From an uncultured Poribacteria bacterium (GTDB lineage Bacteria > Poribacteria > WGA-4E > WGA-3G): a DNA stretch of 64,000 bases. The notes under the pieces are model-generated. The model was not told the origin of the DNA and did not search any database. It worked only from the letters and a program-made list of their open reading frames with translations. A program made the position numbers and the translations under genes. Positions 19,501-28,452 of this stretch are shown piece after piece. Positions within the stretch are counted from its first letter, which is position 1. Each line of letters starts with the position of its first letter. Location of the stretch: NCBI GenBank assembly GCA_958296135.2, contig CATQHZ020000001.1, forward strand, positions 3,872,001 through 3,936,000. The letters run 5' to 3'.

Positions 19501-20695
19501 TGATACCGAAGGGGCCCTCGGCTCCGGTAAGGTGTGGCAGCGTGCCAAGGCTGATATTGTGGGTTACCACAAAGATGCCTGGGCAGAAGCCGCCTTCACC
19601 GGTATCGGCTATGACAGGAATGTTTCCCAGTCGGCGGCGACGGGTGGCACACCGGGGTATCCGAATGGTGCCGTGAAAACGGCAGCAGCTACGCCGAAAG
19701 GCAGTATCACCATCAGCGAAGTGATGTTCGATTCGGGTGGTGGGACACTGCCGCAGTGGATAGAGCTGTATAATAAATCCAAAACGGAGGCACTCAATCT
19801 GAACCGGTGGCAATTGGAGTTCCAGAATGTGGATTCCGAGGAGCTCGTCGGTAGGCCGATTGTGGCGTTGACGTTGCAAGAGAAGGTGATTCAACCGAAT
19901 CAGACGCTGCTCATCGTCGCGGGGCCGGCGCGTGCGTCATCAAGCACGGCGTTTCCTGCGGAGCGCGTTTACAACCTGTTGGATTTGCATCAGCGGAACC
20001 TGCGCATTAAGACTGCGCGGGATACGTTCCTGAGCGCGGAAGGCTTCTACCTGAAACTTACCGATAGCAACGGTAACCTCGTAGACGAGGTTGGCAACAC
20101 TGATGGCAATCGTCGGACGAAAGATGCACCGGCGTGGGCGTTACCGGTGAGTGGCGAGGAAGGTGTTCGGAGTTCGCTGATTCGGCGTTACGACAAAGGC
20201 GTGGCACTGAAAGGGAAGGAGCGCGCGAGTTGGGCTCTGGCATCGAACGTCAAGCGACTCGCCGTGTCAGACCTCCACTATGGGCATGCTGAGGACATCG
20301 GCACGCCGGGGTATCGCGCTGGCGGTGCCTTGCCGGTGGAGTTGTCAAGTTTCACCGTGGCGCGCACGGAGGCAGGTGCGGTTGTCGTGACATGGACGAC
20401 GGAGTCCGAAGTTGACAATGCTGGCTTCAACCTGCGCCGCAGCGAGAAACGCGACAGCGGTTTCACGCTGCTGAATGCTGCGCTGATTGCGGGTGCTGGC
20501 ACGACAGGTGAGCGTCAGACGTATACGTTTACGGACACGTCTGCGAAGCCGGGTGTTGAGTATTACTATCAGATCGAGGAGGTCGCGTTTGATGGGCGGC
20601 CGGTGACGTTGGCGACGCGGATGTTGCGGGGGCCAGTCTCTGCGGCAAATCGGATGCTGACGACGTTCGGTGCTGTGAAGCAGCAGGCGAAATAG
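16592..20695 (+). CDS. Large secreted surface protein with Ig-like and lamin-tail domains
   Basis: Start MKRHSIFF behind GAGGAG, signal peptide, 'TDIAGN'-type Ig-like segments, two lamin-tail motifs ('IVFNEL...DWLELRN', 'ITISEVMF...QWIELYN') and an 'LPVELSSF...WTTESEVDNAGFNL' C-terminal module. Confidence 0.85.
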   Translation: MKRHSIFFLCLLLVVGIVSMLGIPTDAYAAIVIDTIEVWVNPDMVATTSEDNTPNTISTDLGYGANPASGQIVGAANAARLPKFVASTGFANGTLSGGTKVTAANASSTTAVFGDTIAIVINMSESSSNLDWHFGSILIPGYDGWAGGTRTLYASRALAAPSAPLYNLNLSDASLVYAFTVRADDYDTDGGWFTFANGASPFRVDANTAPPDGGFDPAAIHYPIVDGGAPNLAAAAEFPVKFVGAPTHTGPSRYYQVRQECLQYHGLFGDAYTTACTLVHTHGWALADEVNLDNSPQAAFYGLGDTIAIQVTFSKSVIADAGVTLKVQPPFGGSETLFELTDADRTDGDKTLTFRYTVKAGDRKFSSIDIEDQNLRHNTRASRNSEDFILNPKHIRGQGGISFDSDLRFTHDFETPLRAFLINEPMLSSWEDASYKYGDSDAYADEYALAVIKHLVDAVPPTVWIAGLIKNGETHTEDRRNAIVNLDPSASGFPVTDFAAEITESVSQSGAFDVEFRFTNHYKSDGALAEEIGTTFGAEDIVLTDAAGNSLDWTVAAPVYIGLDHRAAQNYGDTTPPDGHAPGDAKGSASFLVYKATITPPFGFVGDVTIALPAGATMDIAGNASLASNTLTVPVDNPLRVVEPPEIVEPPAGVYTAGDKIEVSVTYAQENLRYEGANPPYLVVYLGEQVLANARHAVWTAAAATNSTTVTFAYTVAATDTVTDAVRAPSVEILVPEETTLLSGPLGAPDGQQVGTAAPAVASGAAPASVPVLAPVENTSGREVAPVVRKTPVIPVVPFFPEAASPKAAASAVPRSPIVFNELGNGSGAANDWLELRNVTGSEVSLKDYELSVVADGQKEDTSLVVFADVSVPAHGLLLITNSAPDKTPLAGGEQRGLSHAFLVDAGLSLPDDGKFLLILRNAKEKLGMNEAFVDVAGGGGSDTDAFVREQTGDYDTYVWPLQVLQAPGGDTEGALGSGKVWQRAKADIVGYHKDAWAEAAFTGIGYDRNVSQSAATGGTPGYPNGAVKTAAATPKGSITISEVMFDSGGGTLPQWIELYNKSKTEALNLNRWQLEFQNVDSEELVGRPIVALTLQEKVIQPNQTLLIVAGPARASSSTAFPAERVYNLLDLHQRNLRIKTARDTFLSAEGFYLKLTDSNGNLVDEVGNTDGNRRTKDAPAWALPVSGEEGVRSSLIRRYDKGVALKGKERASWALASNVKRLAVSDLHYGHAEDIGTPGYRAGGALPVELSSFTVARTEAGAVVVTWTTESEVDNAGFNLRRSEKRDSGFTLLNAALIAGAGTTGERQTYTFTDTSAKPGVEYYYQIEEVAFDGRPVTLATRMLRGPVSAANRMLTTFGAVKQQAK

Positions 20696-20726
20696 ATGGA
20701 GGGCGGGGCTGTGCCTCGCCATGTAG

Positions 20727-20765
20727 AAAACGGCCGTGGCCCCTTGGGGCTGCGGCTGTTTTTTT
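20727..20765 (+). terminator. Intrinsic terminator
   Basis: Hairpin ACGGCCGTGGCCCC/GGGGCTGCGGCTGT followed by a T run. Confidence 0.7.
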
Positions 20766-20784
20766 CGTGCGTGATGGTAAAAAG

Positions 20785-21390
20785 GCCCTTAGTCCGTAGG
20801 GCGCGGTCCTGTGCCGCGCCATGCTGCGGTAAAAAGGGCCCCTTCTACCGTCGGGCGAGGGCCGTCACGGTCACGCCTACAGAAAACGTGCGTGTGTCGC
20901 TTCGCGAAAGCACGCTACCTTTAACTTTGTCATCTCTGCAGCCTCGCTGCAGAGATGTCCACTGTCCCTCGCCGTGCCTCGCGCGAACGATCTCTGGCGC
21001 GAGGTAAAAAGGGGCCTTTCTTGTCGCGTGGACGATCGCGAGGGGAACCCTCGGCGATTAGTGATCGCCGGGCCCTCGCGCTACGGTGAAAGGGGCCTCT
21101 TTCGCGCGTCGGTGAAAAGGCCCCTTGTCCCGTAGGGCGCGGTCCTGTGCCGCGCCATGCATCGGTGAAAAGGCCCTTAGTCCGTAGGGCGCGGTCCTGT
21201 GCCGCGCCAGGCATCGGTCTATCGAGAGAGATCGCGAGGGACAGGCCCTCGCGCTACGGTGAAAGGGGGGCTGTTTGGGAGGTCAGGCCCTCGCGGCGGA
21301 CAGGCCCCCGCGCTACAGTGAAAAGGGGCCTTCGGTTAAAAGGCTCCTTAGTCCGTAGGGCGCGGTCCTGTGCCGCGCTATGCTTCGGTC
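20785..21390. repeat. REP-like mosaic array, including a nested ~125-bp element
   Basis: Same units as 14796-15830. The element at 20847-20973 recurs at 42422-42548. Confidence 0.88.
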
Positions 21391-21429
21391 TGTAGAGAAG
21401 ATGAAGGAAATTTGTCATTTTTTCAAATT

Positions 21430-21538
21430 TTTCTTGACAAACGCGAGAAATGTGGGTATAATTAAGGGCATAAATGTCACTAATTACCATTTTTCGCGTT
21501 TTTTTCTTGACAAACGCGGGAAATGTGGGTATAATTAA
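21430..21538 (+). promoter_or_regulatory. Tandemly duplicated sigma70 promoter
   Basis: Two near-identical copies of TTCTTGACAAACGCG(A/G)GAAATGTGGGTATAATTAAG. Confidence 0.8.
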
Positions 21539-21727
21539 GATAATGAGATTCGTTATCACGAAATTACGCGCGACTGCAGCGTGCCGCTTACAGAAAATGT
21601 GATGAACGCGGAAATCGTGAACATTATTAAGATAATGAGATTCATTATCAGTTTTATAACGGCACATCAGGAAGGTTTTCCATACCCGCCTGCCTAACGA
21701 AATTTTGTGATAATGAATATCAATATC
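21539..21727 (+). promoter_or_regulatory. Three Fur boxes
   Basis: GATAATGAGATTCGTTATC (21539-21557), GATAATGAGATTCATTATC (21631-21649) and GATAATGAATATCAATATC (21709-21727) versus consensus GATAATGATAATCATTATC, directly upstream of iron-uptake genes. Confidence 0.85.
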
Positions 21728-21741
21728 AAAATAGAGTCAAT

Positions 21742-22968
21742 ATGAAAAAACAACTGGCTTTCCTCACCGTTTGGGGAATGTTTATTTGCATAGGCGCGAC
21801 CGCCGCGGGCGAAGCTAATCCGTTCTCGGTTTCCGGGTACGGCGTGATTCACTATTCTCACTTCAATTGGGAACTTGACCCGGGCCGGCGCGCCGCCATT
21901 GACGTGGAACGCCTCGTCATCGCACCGAAATACCGACTCAACGACACCATCCGCCTCGAAGCGGAACTGGAATTTGAGCACGGCGGCACCGGCAGCACGA
22001 TGGAATTCGACAAATTCGAGGAATTCGGCGAATTTGAGACAGAGATAGAGAAGGGCGGCGAAGTCATCGTCGAGAAAATGGCAGCCGTGTTCTCTCTAAA
22101 GCCAGCACTCAACTTTCGCATCGGACATATTATCGTTCCGGTCGGACTGGTGGCAAAGCGGCACCGGCCGCAGCACTACTTTACCACGACGCGGCCGGAG
22201 GCAGAAACGCATCTCATACCGACTATTTGGCACGAGACCGGGGTTGAACTCTTCGGCACACTCGGCGCGTTCAACTATCAAGCGCAAATCGTCAACGGAT
22301 TAGATTCAACCGGGTTTAGTTCGCGCCACTGGATAGTGCCAGGGCATCAACTGCGGTTTGAGACAATCAACGCCGAGGCACCCGCATTTGTGGGACGACT
22401 CGATTACGCGATGCGTGAAGGAGCAACTATCGGCATCGCCGGCTATTATGGAGACACTGCCGCCAATCGTCCGAAACCCGATGTCGACTTCACTGCAAAC
22501 GTCGGAATTGTCAGCCTGCACGGGTTTTATGAAGTGAACGCCGTGAAGGTGCGCGGTCTGGTGCTTTGGGGAACGCTCGAAAACGCAGACAGGCTCTCCA
22601 AAGTCAACCGCACGCTCTCCAATAACCTCAATGTAAAGCGGACACCTATCGGCAGCACCGCCTTCGGGTGGTATCTTGAAGCAGGTTACGATGTGTTGTC
22701 GCTTTTTAGGGCCGCGCGCGCAAAAAGTGCGACACCTCGTGCAACATTAGATGCATTCGCCCGTTACGATTATTACGATACAATGGCCAGCGTCGAAGGC
22801 GTTATCTTTGACAACCCGCGGTGGGAACGCACCACGTGGACATTCGGCGTGAACTACCACGCACATCCGCAGCTCGTTTTCAAAGCACACTACTCCCTTC
22901 GGCGACTCGCCACAAAGGATAAAAATCGGGAGAATACCTTTTCACTCGGTTTTGGTTTTCAATATTAA
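21742..22968 (+). CDS. Outer-membrane porin-like protein of imelysin iron-uptake loci
   Basis: Signal peptide, 'ELEFEHGG', 'IPTIWHETG', beta-barrel pattern, C-terminal aromatic residue (GFQY). Confidence 0.8.
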   Translation: MKKQLAFLTVWGMFICIGATAAGEANPFSVSGYGVIHYSHFNWELDPGRRAAIDVERLVIAPKYRLNDTIRLEAELEFEHGGTGSTMEFDKFEEFGEFETEIEKGGEVIVEKMAAVFSLKPALNFRIGHIIVPVGLVAKRHRPQHYFTTTRPEAETHLIPTIWHETGVELFGTLGAFNYQAQIVNGLDSTGFSSRHWIVPGHQLRFETINAEAPAFVGRLDYAMREGATIGIAGYYGDTAANRPKPDVDFTANVGIVSLHGFYEVNAVKVRGLVLWGTLENADRLSKVNRTLSNNLNVKRTPIGSTAFGWYLEAGYDVLSLFRAARAKSATPRATLDAFARYDYYDTMASVEGVIFDNPRWERTTWTFGVNYHAHPQLVFKAHYSLRRLATKDKNRENTFSLGFGFQY

Positions 22969-23048
22969 TTCATGTTTCATCAGACGTAGCGCGAGGGAAA
23001 ACCTGTCCCTCGAAATCATCAAAAATACGGAGGAACTAACGCCTGTCA

Positions 23049-24167
23049 ATGACAGGCAAGATAAACGTTATGAAATGCTATAAACTCTGGCACTTGTTCT
23101 CTTGCATGCTACTCGCATTCGCTATAGTTGGCGGATGTGGGAGCGACGACGAAGACGAACAGGATACTGAAGCCAATGTCAGCACGGCAGCCTTTGAAAC
23201 AGGCACGATGCTCAATGACTTCGCCAACACCGTCGTGTTAGCTACCTATACCGAGTTAGACAACAAGGCAGATGAACTGCTGACGGCTGTCAAAGCGTTG
23301 GCGGCGGATACCTCGCAGGCGAACCTCGAAAAAGCGCAAGCAGCATGGAAGGCGACGCGAACGCCCTGGGAACAGAGCGAGTCGTTCCTATTCGGGCCCG
23401 TTGATACCCAAGGACTGGACCCGGCACTTGACAGTTGGCCCGTAGATCACGTGAATCTCCAATCCGTTTTGGACAGCAACGACACGCTCACGGTGGACTT
23501 TGTCAGCGGTTTGGAAGACACACAGAAAGGGTTCCACACGATTGAGTTCCTGCTGTTCCGCGAGGGAAACCAGCGCAAGGCATCGGACATCACCAAGCGC
23601 GAATTGGAATACCTCGTCTCAACGACACAGAATCTCAAAACGAGCACTTCGCAATTGCGCCTCGCGTGGGCACCAGAAGGCGAGAATTTCGGCAGTGCCG
23701 TCGCGCAAGCAGGGGCCGGCAGCGCGATTTACCCATCGCAGAATGCCGCCGTGCAGGAGATGGTGAACGGCATGATAACCATCGCCGATGAAGTCGCCAA
23801 CGGCAAAATCTCCGACCCTTACAACGAATCGAACACTACGCTCGTCGAATCGCAGTTTAGTTTCAATTCCATCTCGGATTTCCAAGACAATATCCGGGGG
23901 ATTCAGAATGTCTACATGGGGAAATTCGTGGCAGATGGACAGGGACTCAACGAATTTGTGAATAGCAAAGATGCAACGTTGGACGCACGCTTCCAAGCGG
24001 AGGTGCAAGCGGCCATTGATACTATCGGTGCCATTCCAACTCCGTTCCGCGATGCAATTACTGCCAATCGTGCCGATGTCCAAGCCGCGATTGACGCTGT
24101 TAGCAAGGTGCAGCAAACGCTAGAACAAGATATCCTCCCGCTTGTCCAAGCGAGTGAGTTTAACTAA
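23049..24167 (+). CDS. Imelysin (peptidase M75 / IrpA-like) iron-regulated lipoprotein
   Basis: Lipobox GGC, 'WEQSESFLFGP', 'LDSWP', GFHTIE (GxHxxE) and 'VESQFSFNS'. Confidence 0.9.
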   Translation: MTGKINVMKCYKLWHLFSCMLLAFAIVGGCGSDDEDEQDTEANVSTAAFETGTMLNDFANTVVLATYTELDNKADELLTAVKALAADTSQANLEKAQAAWKATRTPWEQSESFLFGPVDTQGLDPALDSWPVDHVNLQSVLDSNDTLTVDFVSGLEDTQKGFHTIEFLLFREGNQRKASDITKRELEYLVSTTQNLKTSTSQLRLAWAPEGENFGSAVAQAGAGSAIYPSQNAAVQEMVNGMITIADEVANGKISDPYNESNTTLVESQFSFNSISDFQDNIRGIQNVYMGKFVADGQGLNEFVNSKDATLDARFQAEVQAAIDTIGAIPTPFRDAITANRADVQAAIDAVSKVQQTLEQDILPLVQASEFN

Positions 24168-24233
24168 TCCTTGAAACCGGTAGGGCGAGGGAAACCTGTC
24201 CCTCGCCATGCCACAGACTAGCAAGGCAACGTC

Positions 24234-25643
24234 ATGAAACATCATATTTGGCTATCCTTAACTCTCTTCGGATTACTGCTGCAGGGTGCTTGCGACTCCA
24301 CATCACCCATCGCCGTGGACTCCATGCAGACGTTTTCTACCGGCGCACTTTCCGGGGGCGAAACCACTGTCTTTGACGAATCCAGCCATGCCTTCTCGGT
24401 GCCCGCGCCCAATCTGAGCGCGGAAGCACTGGCAAAACATCTGGAAGGCGACGTTGAATTTGAGGCAGTGTTTGTGACAGCACCTGCAGTGGTGAATCCT
24501 GGGCTCGGACCTGTCTATAACAACGTCTCGTGCATCAACTGCCATGCACGCGATGGCCGGGGCAGACCGCCGCGTACCAACGAGGAACTGGTAGCACTGC
24601 TCTTTCGGCTGAGTCTGCCGCAGACTGACTCCGTGCAAGAAGGAAAACCGCCGATGCCAGTGCCGGGCTTCGGCACACAACTGAACAATCGCGCCATTGT
24701 CGGCACGCCGCCGGAAGGCACCGTCCAGATAGACTGGACTGAAAAACCGTTGACGACAGAAAATGGCACGCGTGTGCATCTGCGCCATCCGAACTACACG
24801 CTTACGGAAACCTATCGTCCGCTGCCAGCTGACGTTGAAGTGTCGCCGCGTGTCGCGCCAGCAGTCTTTGGCCTCGGGTTGCTAGAAGCCATCCCGGCAG
24901 AAGCCATCCTCGCCTATGCAGACGAAGCCGATAGCAACGGTGACGGCATCTCCGGCAAGCCGAATTATGTATGGGATGTGGTGCAACAGCGGAACACCCT
25001 CGGGCGATTCGGGTGGAAGGCGAACCAGCCGACGCTCCTGCAGCAGGTAGCCTCGGCGTATCACGACGACATGGGTATCACCACCGCGCTGTTCCTGCTA
25101 GAAAATTCGGTAGGGCAATACCCCGATAGGAATGAGAGCCCAAGCGCGACAGCAACGCCAGAGGTAAGCGACGATATCCTAGAAGTCGTGACATTCTACG
25201 TTCAAACGTTGGCGGTGCCAGCGCGGCGGAATGTGGATAACTCACAAGTCCAACAAGGGGAACGACTTTTTGCGCAAGCGCAGTGTGCAAGCTGCCACGT
25301 CCCGACATTCAGGACAGGCGTTTTACGCGGTGTACCATCAGTTAGCAATCAGACAATCCATCCCTATACGGATTTGCTGTTACACGATATGGGCCCCGGT
25401 TTGGCAGACAACCGTCCCGATTTTCACGCAAGCGGGACAGAATGGCGAACGCCGCCGCTGTGGGGTATCGGCCTGGTGCAGCGGGTGAACGGCCACACGA
25501 ACTTCCTCCACGATGGCAGAGCGCGCAACTTAATGGAAGCGATCTTCTGGCACGGTGGAGAAGCAGAGGCATCGCGGCGCGCCGTTGAACGGATGTCGCA
25601 GGCAGAACGCGACGCGCTGATTATGTTTTTGGAATCATTGTAA
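24234..25643 (+). CDS. Di-heme oxidoreductase (DHOR) family lipoprotein
   Basis: CINCH and CASCH heme motifs, 'GLGLLEAIP', 'TDLLLHDMG', 'WRTPPLWGIG' and 'LHDGRAR'. Confidence 0.92.
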   Translation: MKHHIWLSLTLFGLLLQGACDSTSPIAVDSMQTFSTGALSGGETTVFDESSHAFSVPAPNLSAEALAKHLEGDVEFEAVFVTAPAVVNPGLGPVYNNVSCINCHARDGRGRPPRTNEELVALLFRLSLPQTDSVQEGKPPMPVPGFGTQLNNRAIVGTPPEGTVQIDWTEKPLTTENGTRVHLRHPNYTLTETYRPLPADVEVSPRVAPAVFGLGLLEAIPAEAILAYADEADSNGDGISGKPNYVWDVVQQRNTLGRFGWKANQPTLLQQVASAYHDDMGITTALFLLENSVGQYPDRNESPSATATPEVSDDILEVVTFYVQTLAVPARRNVDNSQVQQGERLFAQAQCASCHVPTFRTGVLRGVPSVSNQTIHPYTDLLLHDMGPGLADNRPDFHASGTEWRTPPLWGIGLVQRVNGHTNFLHDGRARNLMEAIFWHGGEAEASRRAVERMSQAERDALIMFLESL

Positions 25644-25813
25644 GGGATACTGGCTCTGGCACTTGAGAGCCCCAGGCTTGTTTGTTAGGACAGAATTTAC
25701 GTTGCAATCGCCATTCACGATTTGAATCGCGCCTCAATGTATGCATACCGGTTGCTCATGTTAAAAAACGGCGTTTCAGTCGCGTGCGGCCCCCGAAAAA
25801 TGCCAAAAAAAAC

Positions 25814-25842
25814 TTGACATCCCGCCTCACTTGTGGTATACT
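25814..25842 (+). promoter_or_regulatory. Sigma70 promoter
   Basis: TTGACA-N17-TATACT with TG extension. Confidence 0.75.
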
Positions 25843-25872
25843 ATTAACAATCTAAGCAGAAGGAGGCATATC

Positions 25873-26334
25873 ATGACAGAAGAAAAAAGAGAGACGATTG
25901 TCAAAGAGTTGACTATCGCTTATTGGGCGGAGATGGAAACCACGATTAACTACCTGGCGATTTCTGTCGATTTGGATGGCATTCGCGCCGAAGAGATTAA
26001 GAAGTCTCTCGCAGCGGATATCCAAGCGGAGCTCACGCATGCACAAGAACTCGCGCAACGCATCAAAGAAATCGGCGGCCGCATCCAGGGCTCTCTCGCC
26101 TTTAAACCGGAACAGGCCTCGCTCCAACCGCCTGCAGATACAACAGATGTCGTGGCGGCCATCCACGGGGTTATTGAGGCAGAAAACGGCGCGATCGAAC
26201 AGTATAACAAAATTATTCGGTTGTGCGACGGAATCGACTACGTCACGCAAGATCTCTGCATCAAACTCCTCGCGGATGAGGAAAAGCACCGGCGCGAATT
26301 TGTCGGATTTCTCAAGGAATATGAGAAAGACTGA
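25873..26334 (+). CDS. Ferritin-like (bacterioferritin/DPSL-type) protein
   Basis: AGGAGG RBS. 'ELTHAQELAQRIKEIGG' and 'DYVTQDL...DEEKH' di-iron motifs. Confidence 0.88.
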   Translation: MTEEKRETIVKELTIAYWAEMETTINYLAISVDLDGIRAEEIKKSLAADIQAELTHAQELAQRIKEIGGRIQGSLAFKPEQASLQPPADTTDVVAAIHGVIEAENGAIEQYNKIIRLCDGIDYVTQDLCIKLLADEEKHRREFVGFLKEYEKD

Positions 26335-26436
26335 TTCGGCTGTCCCATTGAGCATGGCGGGGGCCTGTCCCCCGCGCTCGCTCTCAGGAAACGATGAACA
26401 ACGGGTAGCGATGCCCGTTGTTCGCTTTTAACGCCG

Positions 26437-26943
26437 CTATTTCTTTGTCAAAACAGTCTCCGCGCCATCATCGTTGGTTAAGGTGAGGATGTCTCCTTCC
26501 AAACCCCACGTTCCATTCCAATCTTCTAATTCGGCATCTTCCTCGGTCTGCGCGGCGAGCCCTTTAGCAAGACTGTCAAGTTCTTCTCTGGCAACATCAA
26601 TGGATGCTAATGGGAAAGCAAACTCAACAGTTGCATCTGCAGACTCGTGAACCAGCGTCAAAGTTGAACCAGACACGGCATAAGTCCCTTGTATCGCCAG
26701 ATCGACATTGAAAGTTAGCCCATCCTCTTGCCCTTCCACGCGGGCTTTCCAGAGCAATGAACTATCGGCAGCAAAGACAACTTCAATCCATTGGGTTGTT
26801 TCGTCATCGGGCACAACGGTTCCCCAAGTTCCAACCAGGTCTTCTGCAGATGGTTCATCGGCATCGCCGCCGCAACCGCTGAGCACGACTACCAGCGTGA
26901 GACCGGAAAGCAGCATCGCGATAACAACATTCTTCCCAATCAC
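26437..26943 (-). CDS. Lipoprotein, lipocalin-like
   Basis: GTG start behind GGAGG, lipobox LSGC, 'LVGTW' and 'GTWGLEGDILTLT'. Confidence 0.7.
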   Translation of the reverse strand: MIGKNVVIAMLLSGLTLVVVLSGCGGDADEPSAEDLVGTWGTVVPDDETTQWIEVVFAADSSLLWKARVEGQEDGLTFNVDLAIQGTYAVSGSTLTLVHESADATVEFAFPLASIDVAREELDSLAKGLAAQTEEDAELEDWNGTWGLEGDILTLTNDDGAETVLTKK

Positions 26944-27009
26944 TTCTCCACCTCCCATAAAAGGCATTTGAAATGTTTGTTGATTTGATAGCGTGCTACC
27001 TTCGGTTAA

Positions 27010-27205
27010 TTAATTCCGCGGGAGCGGGATTTCATCACCATACTGTTTTGCAGTCTCTATCCAGCAGACAACCGCGTCCCGCCCATTCTCAAGCACCTCC
27101 TCAGGCGTTTCTCCATCAGAGATACATCCTGGAAGATCGGGAAATTCGATTAAATAGCCGCCGCCTTCCTCAGCAGGCAAGACACTCGTAATAAATGGGT
27201 ACCCA
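27010..27205 (-). pseudogene. HicB-like antitoxin N-terminal domain without a clear start or HicA partner
   Basis: 'YPFITSVLPAEEGGGYLIEFPDLPGCISDGETPEE...EIPLP' is a HicB signature. The nearest ATG (in TAATG) is out of frame. Confidence 0.6.
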
Positions 27206-28369
27206 TTACTCCGTCCGCAACCTCGGATCCAAGGCATCACGGACAGCATCGCCGAATAGATTCGCCGGCAACACCAACCCGAACATAAACGTGAACGCCG
27301 CCGCCAGATTCCACCATACAATCGGGTCGCGGGCGAGCTCCAAACGTGCTGTGTTAATCATGTTGCCCCAACTCCCAGTCGTCGGCTCCACGCCGATCTG
27401 AAGATAACTCAGCAGTGCCTCTGTCAGCACCAAACCGCTAAATCGCAAAATGGAGGAGATTAGCACGATGTGCATCAGGTTGGGAATGAGATGCTTCAGG
27501 ATAATCGTGGCACGGTTGACACCGAACGCCTCGGCGGCTTGGACATATTCTAATTCGCGGAGCTTCAACGTTTCGCCGCGCAAGATGCGGCACAAACCTG
27601 TCCAACTGCTAATGCCCATGATGAGGCAGAGGTTGAAGAGCCCCTGTCCGAATAGAAGCATGAAGGCGACGATGAGCAGGATACTGGGAATAGAAGCGAG
27701 CGTGGAGTAGAGGTATTGCACGCCATCGTCAACCCAACCGCCGAAGTAACCGGCAACAACGCCGAATAAAATCGCAAACGGCACGGCGAGCAGCGTCGTA
27801 AATCCGCCGATAATTAGCCCCGTGCGGATGCCTTTCAGCGCGCGATAGAGGACATCACTCCCAACTTTATCCGTGCCCAGCCAGTGGCTCCGTGGATAGT
27901 TTAGCGGCGGGTATTCCCGTCTGCCGGTTTCCGGTGAGGTGCTTTTGGCATACAGATGCGTAGCGAAGGGCGCAGAATAGGTCTTCTCTGTCCTCTCCCG
28001 AAGCGGCGTGCAGAGTCTGTCCAAAATGCTCAGTCCTCTCGGTTTGTAAACCACTTTGCCGCTTTCGTTCCAGATCAGCGTGTTGTCTTTGCCTACCACC
28101 GGGTCGCGCCAACTGATGCTATCCAGCACGCCGATCAGCACATAGAGCGTGAGAATGCCGAGACAGACGAGCGCGAGCCGGTTGTGGCGGAGCTGTCGGG
28201 CAGCATTTCGCCAATACTCGCGGCGGGCGGCGTATCGGATAAGCCATCCGCCAGCGACAAGGCACGCAATGACGACAAGATTCTGATACGCATCAGAGCC
28301 CCATATCCAGCTGAGCCGGTCGCCGATACCGATGTCTTCTGTATCTATTCCAAAAAGAAAAATAGGCAT
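27206..28369 (-). CDS. Oligopeptide/dipeptide ABC transporter permease (OppC/DppC-like)
   Basis: 'HWLGTDKVG.D', EAA loop 'EYVQAAEAFG', 'KHLIPN' and 'GDAVRDALDPR'. Confidence 0.92.
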   Translation of the reverse strand: MPIFLFGIDTEDIGIGDRLSWIWGSDAYQNLVVIACLVAGGWLIRYAARREYWRNAARQLRHNRLALVCLGILTLYVLIGVLDSISWRDPVVGKDNTLIWNESGKVVYKPRGLSILDRLCTPLRERTEKTYSAPFATHLYAKSTSPETGRREYPPLNYPRSHWLGTDKVGSDVLYRALKGIRTGLIIGGFTTLLAVPFAILFGVVAGYFGGWVDDGVQYLYSTLASIPSILLIVAFMLLFGQGLFNLCLIMGISSWTGLCRILRGETLKLRELEYVQAAEAFGVNRATIILKHLIPNLMHIVLISSILRFSGLVLTEALLSYLQIGVEPTTGSWGNMINTARLELARDPIVWWNLAAAFTFMFGLVLPANLFGDAVRDALDPRLRTE

Positions 28370-28452
28370 TTATTCGATAGTTGAAAAATGGCGAGGGGAA
28401 CCCTCGGCGATTCGCGTTCGCCGGGCCCGCGCCCTACGGAGCTACGATGGGC

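Noticed and set aside
22706-25150. Possible REP-derived inserts in the porin (22708-22743) and DHOR (25108-25150) genes
   Set aside because: Only a TAGGGC/GTAGGGC start matches, with no convincing palindrome. Too weak without alignments.
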